Of a stretch of DNA of 64,000 bases, positions 59,085-64,000 are shown piece by piece; position 1 is the stretch's first letter, and each line of letters starts with the position of its first letter. Made by a program: the position numbers and the translations under genes. The notes under the pieces are model-generated. The model had not been told where the DNA came from. It worked only from the letters and a program-made list of their open reading frames with translations, and searched no databases. The stretch lies in contig OZ316896.1 of NCBI GenBank assembly GCA_973895155.1, forward strand, positions 5,531,303 to 5,595,302, in the 5' to 3' direction. This DNA comes from Marsupella aquatica (Eukaryota; Plantae; Marchantiophyta).

Positions 59085-60255
59085 ATTAACACAGGCCTCG
59101 TCAAAGTTCTGGATGAACTCCGTCATATCTTGCCCGTAGTACCTGCAAGTGTTCCAAAAGAGGGCGGCAAGGTGTTCGAACCCTTGAGTCTTCAGGTAAC
59201 ATGCATGTTTCGGGTGGAGAATGTTTTTATGGACATTCTCCCCCATGCGATGCATGGTCAATTTGGCCACTGCTACGGTGGCCACGGGTAAGCCGGATAC
59301 TGAAGCCGGCTCCTTCCTCTTCCTACCCCAAGATTGGTTCCCGGGGTGACTCATGGAGGGGGACATCTCCCCATCTTCTCTATCTGGCGGTGGTAGTGCT
59401 ACTGCCGTTAGAACTGGTGTCGGGGCCGCAACCGTCACTGTGTTGTCTACCGGGGCCGCCTCTCGGGTTTGGGCTTGTTGGGACGGCGATGTGTTACCCG
59501 TCCCGGGTCGATGCGTCCCTGGTGGTTTCCGGAAAAGGGGTGGGGGAAATTCCTTGTCCTCCGAGCTTAGGTTGACCGCATTTATTACAGGTCACCGCAC
59601 GTGAATGGAGGGTGCGGCTAGGGGTCGGGAACGGCTTGAGGGAGGCTGAGGTGGCGTCTGAGCTTGGCCGTTCCCGGGGAGGATGGGTGTTGCTGCCACT
59701 GGTGCCATGGGAGCAGAGGTTGAACCGTACACCGAGGTCGTGGTATGTCTAGGCTGGGCAAGTGCCTGTGCTTCGGCAAAAATATTGTTGAAGTGGTGCC
59801 GTTGCAGGTCGATGGTCGCAGGAATTTGGAAGTCCTCGTTGGGGAGGTGTAGGATGGCTTCCCCAAAGCCGATGTACTTGTCTCCGTCAAAGAAGAGTTC
59901 AAAGATCTCTTTGTCCTCATAGTACTTGCTTTTGAAGGTGAGTCCAAAGTCACAGATCCAGTGTGTACCGACCACCCCTCAGGTCCGGGTCAGGGTGTGC
60001 CAGAGGGCCGACTCTGGATCGGTTATACGCATTTGAGGTGGACGGCCATAACGCGCCCCTAATCCGGCGGTACGTTTGGTGCAGAGCCGCCAGCCCGAGC
60101 GTGAATGCTCATTATTTACTAAACCTGTCCTAAGCATCATGACTAGCTAATTTGTGTTGCTATGCTAATAACTACGGACTCCTAAGTCTACTTCGTAGGT
60201 ACTTAGCACGGGTTAAGCCATATTACTCATTACCAGCCGTGCTGGCGGCATCACA
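59085..60255 (-). mobile_element. Family D ORF-bearing LTR-like unit, 5' fragment
   Basis: Right end GGCATCACA is identical to the family C end. The ORF fragment HRMGENVHKNI..PKHACYLKTQGFEHLAALFWNTC...EFIQNFD matches A (RVPEVVWIAI..LEHADYLKEHQLERFAHLLWRPC...EFISNFD). Confidence 0.78.
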
Positions 60256-60899
60256 TGGTAGAAAGGATACTCTTCCCAGTTATCCACATCTCTTGATGGC
60301 TAAGCTATTTAAAGGTTGACACATAACCGGTGTCAATGCTTGGAGATCAAGAACCAAAACTTATACAAACCACATGCAATCCAAAATATGTAATTTAAAA
60401 AAATAAAATTATAATTTAAGAAAATGTAGAAAGAAAAAGAAAATACTATAAAACCAAATATATAGAATATTTTCTGAAGTGTATCTTTAATAAAGAAAAA
60501 TAGGTTTTCAATATTGAAAATTCCCAGAATAACAAGGGCTCAGCATTAATTGTTGGTCCAGGTCCAAAAAATATAACCTTTTCTTAATTGATTGAGTGAA
60601 GAGTTGTGACTATTTGTTCCAATCACAATTCTTTGACTCTCATGCCACATGGATTCATAGTGTCTCATTTTTCCTATGGTGTAAATTGGCAACTGACTTT
60701 ATGCACTCCATCGGGAGGGATAGGGATAATAGTTGTGTCCCTCCGGGGTTTGGTTTGGCTTTTTCCATGGAAACTGAACACATGGAATAGCGAACCGAAT
60801 GTAGTGCAGGACCTCAGATCGTACTGCCTCCCACGCAATCTCTTGCTCCTCTCTACGAAAGCCTTTGCTTTGATAAAGAACTTGCTCAGAACCTAACTG

Positions 60900-61710
60900 A
60901 CAGCCCTAAACCCTCACCACCTACAGCTTGAGGAGTGGACACATAATCAAGCTAATTATCAATTTGGTCACCTTCGACTTCTGCATAAGAATGCGAATGC
61001 AGAAATGTCCACCAGTAGTTTCCATCACTATAGATATCATGCGCATATATGCCCATCGTAGGGGAGCACGGAGTCACCATAAGGAGTTCCCCCTGCGACC
61101 AACATTGCTCTTCATCAATCCCAAAGTGGTTCACCAATCTCCCTGCCCCTGGATGCTAAGCCCTCACAAGGACTCTCAAGACAAAGAACTCCTATCCAAC
61201 TGTTACAACGTCCATTTTTCCTGCTTACAGTTCCTCGGCATTGTCGACGACCAGGCGTTCACCTCCTGTTGTTATACACCAGAGCTGCACTTCTAGGTGT
61301 GTCGCAGGAGTGTACACCCCCGACTACATAGATCTTCCCATCAACAACGGCACAGGGAGAATTGTATCTTTCCTGAGGCATATTTGCACACGGTTTACAC
61401 TCCCCGTGCCTGACGACATCCAGCACAACCATATACCTCGCTACCCTCTCGCCCAATATATATATATATCTTACCATCCGGTGAAATGGGGTCAAAAAAC
61501 AGTTTGGTCTGTGGTCTAGGCAATTTAGGAAGTTGATGCCAGGAGTCGTCTCTAGTTGAGTAAAGAGCCATTGCACGATCAACAGAAGAATTAAGCAAAA
61601 GGATCGTTTCGGTGGAATGCCAGTGAACCCTCGCATCAGAGACCTGACGTCTTCGAGTGGCTCGTCGCCAGGACCGACTTACGAATGCCAAGATGTGACA
61701 CGCTCTCGCT
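60900..61710 (-). pseudogene. F-box/kelch-repeat pseudogene
   Basis: F-box tail LAFVSRSWR; kelch segments DSWHQLPKLP, DGKIYIYIG and CANMPQERY..PCAVVDGKIYVVGG; frameshift near 61430 and an in-frame stop at 61259. Confidence 0.82.
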
Positions 61711-62123
61711 TGGAGCGATTTGGTGGAGAAAAGTTATCCTTCTTTCACGCATGATCGGCGATTTGGTGGAGAAAAATTATCCTCCTTTCACGCACGATCG
61801 TTGGCACACAGACAGTCAACACAACTTGAATTTGAAGCCCTAGTTGTTGTAGGCTAGAAACGGGATAGAATCGCACTCTGTTTTCGCAAATAATTCAATT
61901 CATGGTGTGATGTGGTCTTAAAACCCTTATCGAGGAGTTCAATAGCATACAAACATGCACCAAGGAATGATAACAAGACTCGAGGTGAGCGACACCCTCC
62001 ATACTACGGGAGAACAAACAATGAAAGAAGAAAATTAGAAATTGAGGAATCTACGAATCAAGTTTACAGTCTCTGGTAAGAATTGACTCCACAGTGTGAG
62101 ATAACCAGTTGTTCCTATTGTGT

Positions 62124-63060
62124 AGCTTTGTGTTGTCCTCCACTTTTTCTCGTCGTTGAGGATGACTACCTTTATGAAAGATTGAAACAAGTGCACTTTG
62201 TTTGACCTGACAGAAACAAACATAGCTCAGGTGTTTTGAGATTTAATAAGAACCTCCCTAAAACTAGGAACCCTCGATCTTTAACAGAAGCCATTTGTAA
62301 GGAACATATTGTACTTATGTCTCTCCGCGCGCCAGGGATGGTGTCTCGTTAAGCTCCAAGTACTCTGGAGGCGGGTGCACCCAAGATCTGGTAGTATGCG
62401 GCATCTGTGAATCTATTGTTGTGTAGCTTGCATCCTCCTCCAATTTTTCTTGAGGATGACTACTTTTATGAAAGATTGAAAGAAGTGCACAGGAAAAAGC
62501 ATAGCTCAGGTGGTTTGAGGTCTATCTAACAAGAGCCTCGCTAAGAATTACGAACCCTCAACCTTTTGACAGAAGCCTTTTGTGAGGAACACCCTTATGT
62601 CTTCCCGCGCATCAGGTATCGTATGGTATGATCTCGTAAAGCTCCAAGTGAGTACTCTAAAGGCGGATGCACCCAAGAATGTAACGCTTTCGCAGAACCG
62701 ACAGTCGTCTGCGGCATCGTTCAATTCACTTGGTCCAGAGCAATCCGATAATTAGCAATCCCCAAAATTGAAAGATTGAAAGAATCGCACTTTGCGGTAC
62801 CAGAGAGAAATTAGCTTAGCTCAGATATCGTCAAGCTCAGAACACCGTCCTGAACTATGCTAATTTCTCTCGTCAAGCTCCAAGTACCCGATGCACCCAA
62901 AAGTTGAAAGATTGAAAGAAGTGCACTTTGCGGTACCTGAGAGAAATTAGCTTACCTCAGATATCGTCAAGCTCAGAACACCGTCCTGAACTGTGCTAAT
63001 TTCTCTCGTCAAGCTCCAAGTACCCGATGCACCCAAGAATGTAACGCTTGGCAGAACCGG
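62124..63060. repeat. Nested local duplications (~300-bp pair at 62124/62424; 136-bp pair at ~62763/62899)
   Basis: tcctcca.tttttct...gaggatgactac.tttatgaaagattgaaa occurs twice; gaaagattgaaagaa...gagagaaattagc...gctccaagtacccgatgcaccc occurs twice. Confidence 0.85.
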
Positions 63061-63774
63061 AAGCTCACAGTCGTCTGGGGCATCGTTGAGACTACTTTTT
63101 GGGTCCAAAGAAATCTGGTTGGAAATCCCAAAGCACGGGAGGGCCGGCTCAGATTCTTCCCGGAGACCGGGAGAATGGACGGAGGGGGGCACTCGCGAAT
63201 GGGCAACAGAGCAAAACTGTCGTTTGGTTATGAGGGAACCGTACAGAGCGAGAGTGGTCTGTACAGTTGGAGGGAGAGGAAGGAAGTAGGCGCGAATGGA
63301 TCTCAGCCGTGGGAGGATCCGGGCGTGAACGGCGGATGGGCGGGCGCGGGAAAGGCGGGCCGTTACTGGGGTTTTCTGTCCGCCTACTGGAGTACTGGGG
63401 TTTTCTGTCCGTCACTCCTTTTCCTTGCGGTTAAATAATTGCAGTGTACGTTGCAGTGTACGTGACCCATAGTGTCCCAGTCAGGAGGTTTCGCGGTTTC
63501 TCCTTTTTAGCAGGTGGGTGCCCGACTGCCCGGGGGAGATACCAGACATTATTATTATCATTTTTCTGATGATCCTCAACCTTCGTAGGGTCAGATTATT
63601 ATTATTTTTATTATTATTTCAGATTAAAATATGACATATATTTAATGTTTTTATTACTATCATAAAATTTCTTATTATTTAAAAATAAATTAGTGCACTC
63701 CATATATTATCAGATTTTGATGTGTTATTACCTGCTCTGTGATTGCATAATTGAAATGTTCAGGGTGACCCTGT

Positions 63775-63995
63775 CCCCTTTATTCTGGGTCCTGATTACT
63801 TATTTAGGGCCGCCTGGGCAAGAGAGCATGTAGGGTAACCATCCTTTTGGGCCCTGAAAAAGGGATGGATTATCAAGTGTAAACAGGATAAGTCTGTGAG
63901 AAGTTTAGCGTGGCCCTGGCCCTGGCCCCTTCTGGGTCCTGATCTTTGTTTTGGGCTGCCTCAGCAAGAGATGATGTAGGGTAACCATTCTCTTG
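63775..63995. repeat. Diverged ~145-bp direct repeat at the window end
   Basis: ttctgggtcctgat...gggc.gcct..gcaagaga..atgtagggtaaccat occurs twice. Confidence 0.7.
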
Positions 63996-64000
63996 AAGGG

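Overview
Eukaryotic, transposon-dense land-plant DNA (spliceosomal GT-AG introns, plant-type Ty1/copia, Ty3/gypsy and L1 elements; a non-seed plant is a guess only). There is one apparently intact host gene, a 3-exon TolB/PD40 beta-propeller protein at 27131-31114 (+), and an F-box/kelch pseudogene at ~60.9-61.7 kb (-). Conventional elements are a young Ty1/copia (40043-45953), an old copia, a full-length L1 LINE (50733-57245), two MITE families and a tRNA-derived SINE. The main unusual feature is a set of 3.8-4.8 kb TG...CA units, four of them complete with their own perfect 5-bp target-site duplications (3886-11587, 6594-10428 nested inside it, 15901-20570, 20746-25511). They have no internal LTR pair and no gag/pol, but each carries one long ORF (~870-1210 codons) with a shared conserved core, a Pro-rich linker and a coiled coil. 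A related truncated unit ending at 57493 is followed by a PBS-like site and gag/RT remnants. This suggests the units are giant, protein-coding LTRs of an Athila/Tat-like gypsy lineage, present here mostly as gene-carrying solo LTRs in 4-5 divergent families. All alignments were made by eye; no database search was run.
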